A DNA stretch of 64,000 nt from Candidatus Omnitrophota bacterium (GCA_015233115.1 JADFYJ010000006.1:595-64594); one strand, 5' to 3'. Shown: positions 25,442 through 35,030, numbered from the stretch's first letter. Numbers and translations: made by a program. Notes: generated by a model not told the origin, from the sequence alone.

Positions 25442-28400
25442 TTGGTCCTCGCGAGAAGAAGTGGTGAAATCGAAAAGGAAAGACGACTAAGTGATTTGAA
25501 TGAAAATCTAATAGATCAAGCCCGGGAAAAATATAGAGAAGAATTGAGGAGATTTATTAGTAAACATCCAGAATATATTCTTGTCATTAAAGACGCGGAG
25601 GATTTAGCTTATTATCCTGCTGGTGATGATATTTGGACTACCAAAAATTATTCTTTTGTAAATGAACTCTCTGCCAAAGCCAAGGTCGTTATTAAAGGAA
25701 AGTACCAAAATGCAATTCGCCATGAAGATTGGGATAACATTGAGATGGGCGGGATTGTCATTGAACCGAAACAGGATGATCGGGTTATGAAAGCATTTTT
25801 TAGTACAAAGCCGGACTCATTTAAAGAAGAACCCACTTGGGTTATAGGTAAAACAGATAATATAAAAAAATTAGGTGTCAAAAGAATTCACACGGGGGAT
25901 TTTCTACATGTTTTATCAAATACAGATGGTTGTTTTATTTGGTATGGGGAAGAGGAGCATCGGGATTCAGCCATGATCATTAAGCAAGCCGATAAAGCTA
26001 TGGTTAAAAAGGGATCAGTTAATGAACAACAAAAGCTGATTACAGTGGAATTGGCTGACTATTCAATGAATTCGCTTTCTGACATTGAGGGTGTTGGCAG
26101 CATTTCATCTGCGATTAAAGATAAATATTTAAGTTCTGCGATGGAGCAGCAATTCATTATGTTAAAGAAGCGGCTTCCGAATCTGGACGTAACAAGTTTA
26201 TTATTATTTTACGGGAGAATTCTTGGCTTCCTCAATACCAGAACGCCCAAAAATCAGGAACGGTTTGATTTTTTACCAATTCCGGAATTTATTAAGCAAG
26301 AGGTTTTTGCCGCAAAAAATATTAAGGATTATAAGGAAGGGATGTACGTAGTAGAAGAAACTTTGAAGCGTTACGAAAAACAAGTATTTTTCGATAGCCC
26401 TTACTGGCTTGATAAAGTTATGAAAAACGTAAAAATAAATGGTGGCGCATCCGGTGAAATTATATTAAGGGATTTACTCGTGCTTATGAGGAGAGGTGTT
26501 TTTGCCTATTTATCCCAGTATCTCTACAGAATAGGCGGTGCCTCATCCATTACAGAATTGTTACAGGAACGTCACTACACGAAAGTATCTATGCCTCACA
26601 TTGGTGGTCAAGAACAGTTTCTTCCTGTAAGTGAGTTAGTTCCAATACAAGATATTTTAGAAAAATATCACTTGGATTCTGAAGGAAAACCTATTGGTAG
26701 CGTAAAAGACAAGGCCATGTCAAGTAAGGTTGCCGCTTTTAACCCTTCCTTTATATTAAAAATGCGTCTGGCTGTTTCTATGCTGCCGAATGTTCAAAAA
26801 GGTGAATATAGCCGGGAAGCGTTTATAAATCATTTGGATTTGCCTGATATTTATGAGCAGGCATTTGCCATTGCGAATCCGGGTAAAATTTTACAGGAAG
26901 AGGACCGTAAAAGATTACAGCAGTTGTCTTTGCATGTAACGCAGGTATTAACGGCTTGGCTGGATCAGCGTACGAAAATTCCGGATGATTCAATGGTGTG
27001 GTTGTTAAGCATTATTTTTCATGATGTCGGCAAAGTGGTTGCTTTGCAAAATCATGAAGAGTTAAGTGATAAATTTTTAACGGAAAACCTGGTTATTGAA
27101 AAATTTGTTGCGAGCGGATTGATTAACACGAAGCAGGCGGATCTGATTAAATTGCTGGTGCGGTATCATTTGCCTTTGGGCCTTATGTTTATGGGAGAAA
27201 TGAACTTTAATGATTGGAAAGATTTTTTCCGCGATGCCCGATTAAGAACTTTAGTGAAACAAGGGGTGCTTTTAAAAGACATTTTACAGCAAATTAAACG
27301 CATCACATTTTTTGATCAAACCGCGTATTCTCCAGCGGCCCCTTTCAAAACAGTTTTACAATTTCAGGATGAAATTATTGAGCAGTTAAGCGAGATAGAT
27401 ATTGACGCGAATGATATCGATGCAAAATTGGATGTTATGAGCGCTGATTTTATTAAGTCAAGGATCAAGGGTTTGGTGAGTTGGGGGGATATTAATTTAG
27501 ATCAGCCTAAGGTTTATTATGATGAATTGATGCGGAATGTGATATATCGTTTTAAGACCATTGAACCTGGTTTTGATTCTACAAGAATGTATCATGTATT
27601 ATCGCGAATAAATTTACGTCAATTTTGTATTATTGCCGCGTCTTTAGCTTGGGTCGCAGAACAGCCTAATAGTTTTGAAGAGTTTGTTCCTGCCGCGGAA
27701 AATTTTCGTAACATATCTGCAGGCGCGCAAATAAATGTCAATTTTGTAAAATTGCTTTCTGTTATAGTGTCGCAGGTTAAAACTGTGAATTTTTCTCATG
27801 TGGTGATCGAAGGTTCAGACGGCCAGGCTCCCAGCCGGGTTGTTGCGGATGATCCTTACCAGTTTGCAAAGTTTGTTTATGAATTAAATAATATTTTGAG
27901 TAAAGAACAGTCCGTGGACCAGCAGGGCAATAACTTTTTCTTTTTGGATGAACACGGACAGCGGCTGAGTGATATAACCAGAATGGTTATTGACGAGCAG
28001 GCAGCAACATTAAAAATTATCATTGATAGCGGGACGACGGCTGTGAAAAATGAACAAAAACAGGAGCCGGTTGTTGCTCAACCCGAGATCGAACAGCATC
28101 CGGGGGAGTTAATTCCGTTCAATCGCGCGAAGATTAATCCACTACTCACGACCATGCAAACCGTTAAGTTAAGCTTTTTGCCGGCAGGGCAAAGCATCCT
28201 GTTCAATGTGAGCGGCACGATAACACATTTTGTGGATTTTAGTGTTGGAGATCCTGACGATAAAAGGTTTATTATTACGATTCTACCGGAGGATGAACCG
28301 GAAGAAAAAGCATACATTTTAACAGTAGGAAATGTTGATACTGATGTCGAAGGAACAGCCGCTCAATTAAAAATAGTTGATTCCGCAGTACTTTCTGACG

Positions 28401-28630
28401 TTGGTGGTATTGATATGACCAAGGTTGGGTTTAAGCGGGAAGCAAGCCCTGCATCCCACGTGGTGCAGGGTAAACATGAAATTATTTTTAATTTTGACCC
28501 GGCCATGCTGGAACAATTTCAATCTGGAAATTTCAAAAGTTTTCAGGCTGTTATCACAAATGTGACGCCTTTGCCAAGCGTCCTGCCGCTTTTGGGTTTA
28601 TCGCTGGATAAAAAGAATAAGGCTGGTTAG
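25442..28630 (+). CDS. Second large ORF in the same frame (separated from the previous ORF by a single TAA): HD-domain phosphohydrolase-containing multidomain protein
   Basis: It continues the frame of 21206..25441 immediately after the TAA. The HD signature is ...WLLSIIFHDVGKVV... with downstream His/Asp. A third copy of the SAMIIKQADKA repeat is present. The true start is unclear; the track shows a TTG directly after the stop. Confidence 0.5.
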   Translation: MVLARRSGEIEKERRLSDLNENLIDQAREKYREELRRFISKHPEYILVIKDAEDLAYYPAGDDIWTTKNYSFVNELSAKAKVVIKGKYQNAIRHEDWDNIEMGGIVIEPKQDDRVMKAFFSTKPDSFKEEPTWVIGKTDNIKKLGVKRIHTGDFLHVLSNTDGCFIWYGEEEHRDSAMIIKQADKAMVKKGSVNEQQKLITVELADYSMNSLSDIEGVGSISSAIKDKYLSSAMEQQFIMLKKRLPNLDVTSLLLFYGRILGFLNTRTPKNQERFDFLPIPEFIKQEVFAAKNIKDYKEGMYVVEETLKRYEKQVFFDSPYWLDKVMKNVKINGGASGEIILRDLLVLMRRGVFAYLSQYLYRIGGASSITELLQERHYTKVSMPHIGGQEQFLPVSELVPIQDILEKYHLDSEGKPIGSVKDKAMSSKVAAFNPSFILKMRLAVSMLPNVQKGEYSREAFINHLDLPDIYEQAFAIANPGKILQEEDRKRLQQLSLHVTQVLTAWLDQRTKIPDDSMVWLLSIIFHDVGKVVALQNHEELSDKFLTENLVIEKFVASGLINTKQADLIKLLVRYHLPLGLMFMGEMNFNDWKDFFRDARLRTLVKQGVLLKDILQQIKRITFFDQTAYSPAAPFKTVLQFQDEIIEQLSEIDIDANDIDAKLDVMSADFIKSRIKGLVSWGDINLDQPKVYYDELMRNVIYRFKTIEPGFDSTRMYHVLSRINLRQFCIIAASLAWVAEQPNSFEEFVPAAENFRNISAGAQINVNFVKLLSVIVSQVKTVNFSHVVIEGSDGQAPSRVVADDPYQFAKFVYELNNILSKEQSVDQQGNNFFFLDEHGQRLSDITRMVIDEQAATLKIIIDSGTTAVKNEQKQEPVVAQPEIEQHPGELIPFNRAKINPLLTTMQTVKLSFLPAGQSILFNVSGTITHFVDFSVGDPDDKRFIITILPEDEPEEKAYILTVGNVDTDVEGTAAQLKIVDSAVLSDVGGIDMTKVGFKREASPASHVVQGKHEIIFNFDPAMLEQFQSGNFKSFQAVITNVTPLPSVLPLLGLSLDKKNKAG

Positions 28631-28714
28631 TAATTTATTAATAATTTTTTGGGCAATTATTTTAGCTTCTGGCGTCTGACTTTTAACTTCCGGCATGCTC
28701 CGCTATCTTTCCTA

Positions 28715-28744
28715 TTGACAAATCAAACAATTTTGCCATAATAT
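28715..28744 (+). promoter_or_regulatory. sigma70-like promoter for rpsA
   Basis: TTGACA (28715-28720), a 17-nt spacer, then ATAATA/TAATAT. Confidence 0.5.
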
Positions 28745-28799
28745 TTGCCTTCTGGGCGGATAGTCCGGAAAATGACGAAAGGGAAAGAGGTATTTACAA

Positions 28800-30347
28800 A
28801 TGGTACAAGATAATCGCAGCGTGATGGAGGAACTGTATAAAGGCACGTTCCGAGAAATTAAGGAAGGAGAGATCGTAACCGGCACTATCGTCGGCTTCAA
28901 TGATAAAGAAGCGGCAGTCGATATTGGTTTTAAGTCGGAAGGCTTTGTTTCAATTGAAGAATTCAGAAGCCCTAAAGACATTAAAGTCGGGACACAGATC
29001 GACGTGTTGGTTGAGTCTATCGAAGATGAAGAAGGCCGCCTGGTTCTATCGCATAACAAAGCTGAAAGGCTTCGTGGATGGATGAACCTGGGTGATAATA
29101 TAAATGAAGGCGACCAGGTTATCGGCCGCGTGGTGAAGCAGGTTAAGGGCGGATTCATTATTGATATCAAAGGCGTCGAAGCATTTTTGCCGATGTCATT
29201 GTCCGCGTTCAAAGGTGTTTCTTCCGAACAGATTTTGGCTAATGAATATACATTTGTTATTGCCAAATTAAATAAAGCCCGCCGTAATTTAATCGTATCC
29301 CGACGTGAAGTGGTTCAAAAAGAGCGCGAAGCAGTCCGCGACCGTTTATGGGATGAATTGAAAAAAGGCGAACGCCGCATGGGTACAGTCAAAGGTATTA
29401 CTGACTTTGGCGCATTCATTGATCTAGGCGGAGTGGATGGGTTATTGCACATTACCGATATGAGCTGGACGCGTATTAATCATCCGTCTGAAGTGGTTTC
29501 AATCGGCGATAAAGTGGAAGTGCTTATTTTAGATTTTGATAAAAAAGAATCTAAAGTCAGTTTAGGATTAAAACAGATTTCAGATAATCCTTGGGCTGAT
29601 ATTTACGATAAATATCCGACAGGTACCCGTGTTAAAGGCAGTGTCGTTAATGTCATGTCTTACGGTGTGTTTGTGGAAATTGAAAAAGGTATTGAAGGGT
29701 TATTGCATTCATCAGAAATTACCTGGCAGAAAAAACTGGTTAATCCGCAGGATATGTTCAAAGTTGGAGATCAGATTGAAGTGCAGGTTATTAATGTTGA
29801 TAAAGATTCCAAACGTATTTCTTTGAGCATGAAACAGCTCGAAGATAATCCGTGGTTACGCGCAGGCGACAAATATCCAGTAAATTTCCGCGCTAAGGGT
29901 AAAGTTCGCGGGTTTACAGATTACGGCGCGTTCGTTGAGTTAGATGAAGGTTTGGAAGGCATGATTCACATTTCCGATATGTCTTGGACTAAAAAGATTA
30001 ACCATCCACAAGATGTGTTGACTAAAGGGCAAGAAGTAGAAGTTATTGTCTTAGGTGTCGATGCTGAAAACCGCAAAATTAATTTAGGTTTAAAGCAATT
30101 GATGGAAAATCCTTGGCCTGAATTAGCGGCTAAATATCCGGTTGATTCTGAAGTGGAAGCGGAAGTGGTCTTGAATTCTAATTTTGGCGTATTTGTCAAA
30201 TTAGAAAAAGACGTGGAAGCTTTGGTCTATTCTTCAGAGATTGATAAAGAAAAAGCCACAGCGTTGAAACCGGGCGATAAATTAAAAGTCCGCATCATTA
30301 AAGTGGACGTGGAACAAATGAAGATCGGCGTAAGCGCGAGAGTTTAA
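28800..30347 (+). CDS. rpsA: 30S ribosomal protein S1
   Basis: Multiple S1 RNA-binding domain repeats. The protein is 515 aa. Confidence 0.9.
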   Translation: MVQDNRSVMEELYKGTFREIKEGEIVTGTIVGFNDKEAAVDIGFKSEGFVSIEEFRSPKDIKVGTQIDVLVESIEDEEGRLVLSHNKAERLRGWMNLGDNINEGDQVIGRVVKQVKGGFIIDIKGVEAFLPMSLSAFKGVSSEQILANEYTFVIAKLNKARRNLIVSRREVVQKEREAVRDRLWDELKKGERRMGTVKGITDFGAFIDLGGVDGLLHITDMSWTRINHPSEVVSIGDKVEVLILDFDKKESKVSLGLKQISDNPWADIYDKYPTGTRVKGSVVNVMSYGVFVEIEKGIEGLLHSSEITWQKKLVNPQDMFKVGDQIEVQVINVDKDSKRISLSMKQLEDNPWLRAGDKYPVNFRAKGKVRGFTDYGAFVELDEGLEGMIHISDMSWTKKINHPQDVLTKGQEVEVIVLGVDAENRKINLGLKQLMENPWPELAAKYPVDSEVEAEVVLNSNFGVFVKLEKDVEALVYSSEIDKEKATALKPGDKLKVRIIKVDVEQMKIGVSARV

Positions 30348-30350
30348 AGA

Positions 30351-30383
30351 TAGTATGTAGTATGTGGTATGTCGTATGTAGTG
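30351..30383. repeat. Family-B block (forward)
   Basis: tagtatgtagtatgtggtatgtcgtatgtagtg, located after the rpsA stop. Confidence 0.8.
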
Positions 30384-30579
30384 AAAAAGCAATTGATTGT
30401 GAAATAATAAATATATTAGAGCAAATATAGATAAAAAGCGTTGTGTGAAACGTATAGAAATTTTAGTCTGTTTAAAATATTTTTAAAAAATTTTGATTTC
30501 TATTTTTATTTATATTTAGGCTTTACGATATAACTAAGTATTACTTCATTTTGCTTGTTTTTTAAAAATTTTATTTTTA

Positions 30580-30610
30580 CGACATACCACATACGACATA
30601 CTACATACTA
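30580..30610. repeat. Family-B block (reverse)
   Basis: cgacataccacatacgacatactacatact. It ends 8 nt before the tyrS ATG. Confidence 0.8.
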
Positions 30611-30618
30611 TTTATTTT

Positions 30619-31791
30619 ATGTCATCCATTAAACAAATTATCACCGACCTTTCCCGCGGCACGACCGAGATTATTAATACGGAGTTGCTCGAGGCGAAAT
30701 TGCGGAGAAGTCAGGAAACCGGCAAACCTTTGCATATTAAAGCGGGGTTTGATCCGACGGCGCCGGATATCCATTTAGGGCATTCAGTTTTACTGCGCAA
30801 GATGCGCCAGTTTCAGGAATTAGGGCATAAAGTTTTCTTTTTGATTGGGGATTTTACGGCTTTAATCGGAGATCCGACGGGAAAAAATCAGTTGCGTCCG
30901 CGTTTGGAACCCGCGTTTATTGAAGAAAACGCGAAAACCTATGCGAAGCAGGTATTCAAGATCCTGGATCCTAAAAAAACTGAAGTGGTTTTTAATAGTC
31001 ATTGGCTGGGAAAAATGACGCCGCAGGATTTAGTGGCTTTAACCGCGCAATCAACAGTCGCGCAGATGTTAGTGAGATCGGATTTTAAAAAGCGTTTTGA
31101 TGCCGGGCGAGAGATCAGTGTGTTGGAGTTTATTTATCCTTTGTTGCAAGGGTATGACTCAGTGGCGATGAAAGCGGATGTTGAGCTGGGAGGGAGCGAT
31201 CAGAAATTTAATTTGTTGATGGGACGGCAGATTCAGCAGGCTTACGGCCAGGAACCGCAGGTCGTGATGATGACCCCGCTTTTGGAAGGTTTGGACGGCG
31301 AAAATAAAATGAGCAAGTCGCTCAATAATTACGTCGGGATCAATGAACAGCCTTCAGAAATTTTCGGTAAGATTATGTCTATCAGCGATGAGCTGATGTT
31401 TAAATACGCGGAATGTTTGACGAGTCTCAACTTGGATGAGTTGCATCAGATGCATCCGAAAGAAGCCAAAATGAAATTGGCTGAGACGATTGTAGTACAG
31501 TATTATGACGCACACGCTGGCCAGGCCGCCCGGGAAGCATTTGAGCGGGTTTTTGCCAAAGGAGAGAATCCAGAGGATATGACGGAATTCTCATTGGCTC
31601 AAGCAAAGACTGGTTTATCATTGGCGGAATTACTGGTGGATCTGAAATTGGTCGGGTCTCGGAATGAGGTCCGCCGCCTAATGCAGCAGGGCGGGATCAG
31701 TGTTAATAATGAAAAGATCACCGATGAAAAATGGCCGCTTCGTCCCGGAATCATCAAGGTCGGAAAACGCCGTTTTCTTAAAATTTCATAG
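30619..31791 (+). CDS. tyrS: Tyrosyl-tRNA synthetase
   Basis: Class I HIGH motif variant (PDIHLGH) and KMSKS. A C-terminal S4-like domain is present. Confidence 0.85.
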   Translation: MSSIKQIITDLSRGTTEIINTELLEAKLRRSQETGKPLHIKAGFDPTAPDIHLGHSVLLRKMRQFQELGHKVFFLIGDFTALIGDPTGKNQLRPRLEPAFIEENAKTYAKQVFKILDPKKTEVVFNSHWLGKMTPQDLVALTAQSTVAQMLVRSDFKKRFDAGREISVLEFIYPLLQGYDSVAMKADVELGGSDQKFNLLMGRQIQQAYGQEPQVVMMTPLLEGLDGENKMSKSLNNYVGINEQPSEIFGKIMSISDELMFKYAECLTSLNLDELHQMHPKEAKMKLAETIVVQYYDAHAGQAAREAFERVFAKGENPEDMTEFSLAQAKTGLSLAELLVDLKLVGSRNEVRRLMQQGGISVNNEKITDEKWPLRPGIIKVGKRRFLKIS

Positions 31792-31815
31792 CTAAGTATA
31801 TATTTTCAAAAAGCC

Positions 31816-31843
31816 TTGACAAATAAAATTTTTTGTATATACT
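31816..31843 (+). promoter_or_regulatory. sigma70-like promoter upstream of tRNA-Thr/rpmG/tRNA-Trp/secE/nusG
   Basis: TTGACA (31816-31821), a 16-nt spacer, then TATACT (31838-31843). Confidence 0.5.
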
Positions 31844-31890
31844 TGGTTGTCTATTAGAATACTCTGCCTGTAATGTAGCGTGGGCATTTT

Positions 31891-31963
<73 letters not shown>

Positions 31964-32016
31964 TATTTATTTTTATTAATTCATGTGGTCAACCCAAAAT
32001 AGCAGACGGTAAGATA

Positions 32017-32169
32017 ATGAGAGAACCTATCCAGTTTCAATGTACAGAATGTAAACGTATAAATTATTCCGGAATGAAGGACAAAAAAAAGCATCCCGAG
32101 CGCATCGAGCTTTCAAAATATTGTCCGTCTGAACGCAAGCATACACCTCATAAAGAAATGAAGAAGTAA
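32017..32169 (+). CDS. rpmG: 50S ribosomal protein L33
   Basis: 50-aa ORF not in the ORF track: MREPIQFQCTECKRINYSGMKDKKKHPERIELSKYCPSERKHTPHKEMKK. It has the CxxC...C L33 zinc-ribbon pattern, and the tRNA-Thr/rpmG/tRNA-Trp/secE synteny is conserved. Confidence 0.8.
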   Translation: MREPIQFQCTECKRINYSGMKDKKKHPERIELSKYCPSERKHTPHKEMKK

Positions 32170-32174
32170 CAACT

Positions 32175-32247
32175 AGGCCAGTAGCTCTAATGGTAGAGCA
32201 TCGGTCTCCAAAACCGAGTGTTGTAGGTTCGAGTCCTACCTGGCCTG
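32175..32247 (+). tRNA. tRNA-Trp (anticodon CCA)
   Basis: Acceptor AGGCCAG/CTGGCCT, anticodon loop CTCCAAA, T-arm GTAGG TTCGAGT CCTAC. Confidence 0.85.
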
Positions 32248-32253
32248 TGAGAT

Positions 32254-32445
32254 ATGGATATGATACAAAAAATTAGACAATTTGTCGCGGAAGTCATCAC
32301 AGAACTTAAAAAAGTAAACTGGACTTCCCGTCGGGAACTTTTGGAAGCGGCGTGGATCGTATTGGTCAGTTCTACGGTTGTGGCAATTTTTATTTTTTTC
32401 ATAGATTTTGTATTGGCTAAAATTATAACAACGATTATTAGTTAA
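32254..32445 (+). CDS. secE: Preprotein translocase subunit SecE
   Basis: 63 aa with a single C-terminal TM helix. It lies immediately upstream of nusG. Confidence 0.8.
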   Translation: MDMIQKIRQFVAEVITELKKVNWTSRRELLEAAWIVLVSSTVVAIFIFFIDFVLAKIITTIIS

Positions 32446-32452
32446 GGGATAT

Positions 32453-32986
32453 ATGGGCGATAGAAAGTGGTATGTTGTTCATACTCAGACCGGGGCGGAA
32501 GAAAAAGCTAAAGCAGGCTTGGAAACCAAGATTGCCGCTTCCGTGCTTAAAGAATATATTGATGAAGTTGTGGTTCCCACCGAGCAAGTTTCGGAAGTCC
32601 GAGGCGGAAAAAAGCGCATTACGGAACGGAAATTTTTTCCCGGTTATCTGTTGATCAAGATGGAAATGAATAAGGACAGCTGGTATCTGGTAAAAAGTAC
32701 TCCCGGAATTACTGGCTTTATCGGACCGGGCCGCAAGCCTACCCCAATCTCTGAACAAGAGGTTGATTCAATTTTAAGACGTACCGAAGATACGGAAACT
32801 AAGCCTACACCGAAAACAACCTTTGATATCGGCGAAGCGATCCGAATTGCCGAGGGTCCTTTTGCTAATTTTAACGGCTCCGTGATGGAAGTGTTTCCGG
32901 ATAGAGGAAAAATTAAGGTGAGTGTATCGATCTTTGGTCGGTCAACACTCGTTGAACTAGAAAACTGGCAAGTGGAAAAAGTGTAA
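32453..32986 (+). CDS. nusG: Transcription termination/antitermination factor NusG
   Basis: [19 protein letters not shown] domain and a C-terminal KOW domain. Confidence 0.9.
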   Translation: MGDRKWYVVHTQTGAEEKAKAGLETKIAASVLKEYIDEVVVPTEQVSEVRGGKKRITERKFFPGYLLIKMEMNKDSWYLVKSTPGITGFIGPGRKPTPISEQEVDSILRRTEDTETKPTPKTTFDIGEAIRIAEGPFANFNGSVMEVFPDRGKIKVSVSIFGRSTLVELENWQVEKV

Positions 32987-32987
32987 T

Positions 32988-33413
32988 ATGGCAAAAGAAG
33001 TCGTCGCAAAAATTAAATTGTATGTACCTGCAGGGGCAGCAAATCCTGCGCCGCCGGTTGGTCCCGCGTTAGGTCAGCATGGCGTTAACATTATGGGCTT
33101 CTGCAAGTCCTTTAACGAAAAGACCAAGGGGAGAGAAGGCCTCATCCTGCCCGCGGTTATTACGGTCTATAAAGATAAGTCATTTGATTTTATCATTAAG
33201 ACTCCGCCAAGTTCGGTCTTGATTAAAAAAGCCGCGAATTTGGCAAAGGCATCTGGTTTGGCCGGTAAAGAAAAGATCGCGAAGATCACCGGGAAACAGG
33301 TGGAAGAAATCGCAAAAACTAAAATGGAAGACTTAAATACCAATGAGATGGAGCAGGCGGTGTTATCAATCCGCGGAACAGCTCGGAGCATGGGTATTGA
33401 GGTGGTGGACTAA
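32988..33413 (+). CDS. rplK: 50S ribosomal protein L11
   Basis: [36 protein letters not shown]. Confidence 0.95.
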   Translation: MAKEVVAKIKLYVPAGAANPAPPVGPALGQHGVNIMGFCKSFNEKTKGREGLILPAVITVYKDKSFDFIIKTPPSSVLIKKAANLAKASGLAGKEKIAKITGKQVEEIAKTKMEDLNTNEMEQAVLSIRGTARSMGIEVVD

Positions 33414-33414
33414 T

Positions 33415-34095
33415 ATGTTAAAAGTAAGTAAACGAATGAAGTCAGCTTCCTTAGTTGTCGGAGAGAAAACGCCGATGGATTTGGGAGCAGCAGTTGACTT
33501 GATCGCGAAATTTCCTAAAGTGAAATTCGACGAGACGGTTGAGCTCCATTTTCATTTACACATTGACCCTAAAAAAAATGAAGAATCAGTGCGCGGGACA
33601 GTTGTTCTCCCTCACGGATTAGGTAAAGCGGTACGTATCGCCGTAGTTTGTAAGGGTGAAGTGGAGAAAAAAGCGCGCGACGCCGGAGCCGATGTGGTCG
33701 GCGGTGAAGAATTAATTGCTAAAGTTCTTGCTGGGTTTATGGATTTTGACGTTGTGGTCGCAACCCCGGATATGATGCGAGACTTAAGTAAATTAGGTAA
33801 GCTTTTAGGTCCGCGTGGTTTGATGCCGACACCAAAAGCCGGGACAGTTACGCTGGATGTGGAAAAAGCTATAAAAGAATTAAAAGCCGGTAAAATTGAG
33901 TTTAAGTCTGATAAGCAAGCCGGTATCCACGTCGGAATTGGAAAGGTTTCGTTTTCTAAGGATAAATTATTGGATAACGCAAAAACTATTATGGAAGCTA
34001 TTAACACTGCCAAACCCAATAGTGTCAAAGGCGTCTTCATTCGGAGTTTGTCTTTGAGTACTTCCATGGGACCAGGCTTGAGGATATTAGTATGA
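33415..34095 (+). CDS. rplA: 50S ribosomal protein L1
   Basis: ATG at 33415, 1 nt after the rplK stop. ...VRGTVVLPHGLGKAVRIAVV... is a conserved L1 motif. The ORF-track start at 33343 is an upstream in-frame extension. Confidence 0.9.
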   Translation: MLKVSKRMKSASLVVGEKTPMDLGAAVDLIAKFPKVKFDETVELHFHLHIDPKKNEESVRGTVVLPHGLGKAVRIAVVCKGEVEKKARDAGADVVGGEELIAKVLAGFMDFDVVVATPDMMRDLSKLGKLLGPRGLMPTPKAGTVTLDVEKAIKELKAGKIEFKSDKQAGIHVGIGKVSFSKDKLLDNAKTIMEAINTAKPNSVKGVFIRSLSLSTSMGPGLRILV

Positions 34096-34622
34096 AAAGA
34101 GTAGGCCAAGTATTCCGACAAAAATTATTAGAAAGCGTTCAGACTCAGGCACGTGATAATTCGGCGACTTTTGTTTTGAATTATCAGAAACTTTCTGCTA
34201 AGCAATTGACTGAATTGCGTAAGGAATTGCGCAAGGCTAAAGCAAAAGTGGTGGTGTCGAAAAACGCGATTGCTAAATTAGCTCTTAAAGATTTTGATTG
34301 TCCTGGTTTAGCGGATCGTTTATCCGGTCAGACGGCGTTTATTTATACCAATAATGACGCTTCCGCCGTATCCAAGATTTTGGTTAAATTTTCCGGAGCA
34401 TTGGAAGGTTCCATGCTTCAAGGCGGTCTGCTCGATGGAAAAGAATTAAAGCAGACAGATGTACAAAGGCTCTCAGATCTTCCTTCGAGAGAGGTGCTCT
34501 TGTCCCAGTTATTGTCAGCTATCCAATCGCCTCTAACACGGTTGGCTGGCGCCCTCATCGCGAAGAATCGAGATTTATTATCAATATTGAAACAATTAAG
34601 TGAAAAAAATGGAGGTAATTAA
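34092..34622 (+). CDS. rplJ: 50S ribosomal protein L10
   Basis: Conserved position between rplA and rplL. It is 176 aa. Confidence 0.85.
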   Translation: MKRVGQVFRQKLLESVQTQARDNSATFVLNYQKLSAKQLTELRKELRKAKAKVVVSKNAIAKLALKDFDCPGLADRLSGQTAFIYTNNDASAVSKILVKFSGALEGSMLQGGLLDGKELKQTDVQRLSDLPSREVLLSQLLSAIQSPLTRLAGALIAKNRDLLSILKQLSEKNGGN

Positions 34623-34623
34623 A

Positions 34624-35028
34624 ATGTCAGAAGTAAAGGATCTTTCTCCGAAATTAGCAGAACTTGTTAAATCTATAGAAGGTTTAACGGCTCTTGAGCT
34701 TTCCGATCTCGTGAAGGCTTTAGAAGACAAATTTGGTATTAAGGCCGCGGCACCGATGCCTGCAGGTTTCATGATGGGCGCAGGTCCGGCCGCAGCAGCA
34801 CCCGTAGCTGAAGAAAAAACGGAATTCAATGTGGTATTAGTTGAAGGCGGCGCCAACAAAATCGCTGTCATTAAAGAAGTCCGTACCATCACCAGTTTAG
34901 GCCTCAAGGAAGCCAAAGATTTAGTTGAAGGCGCTCCGAAGGTTGTAAAAGAATCTGTCGCTAAAGCTGAAGCTGAAGAAATCAAAAAGAAACTTGAAGC
35001 TGCCGGCGCCAAAGTCGAATTAAAGTAA
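34624..35028 (+). CDS. rplL: 50S ribosomal protein L7/L12
   Basis: The start chosen is MSEVKD. An Ala/Pro-rich hinge is followed by a C-terminal ...[17 protein letters not shown]...[18 protein letters not shown]. Confidence 0.95.
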   Translation: MSEVKDLSPKLAELVKSIEGLTALELSDLVKALEDKFGIKAAAPMPAGFMMGAGPAAAAPVAEEKTEFNVVLVEGGANKIAVIKEVRTITSLGLKEAKDLVEGAPKVVKESVAKAEAEEIKKKLEAAGAKVELK

Positions 35029-35030
35029 AT

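Noticed and set aside
25442-25444. TTG at 25442 as the genuine start codon of the second giant ORF
   Set aside because: No RBS precedes it, and it is simply the first codon after an in-frame stop. The real situation is more likely readthrough, a disrupted gene or a downstream start. It is reported as a finding rather than asserted as a start.
28712-29266. Minus-strand 184-aa ORF overlapping the rpsA promoter and 5' end
   Set aside because: Antisense to rpsA (S1 domains unambiguous) with Ser/Pro/Thr-rich low complexity. Spurious.
30348-30618. T-box leader upstream of tyrS
   Set aside because: No T-box consensus (AATTAGGGTGGNACCGCG-like) and no specifier/antiterminator arrangement were found. 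The region is instead occupied by the family-B bracket.
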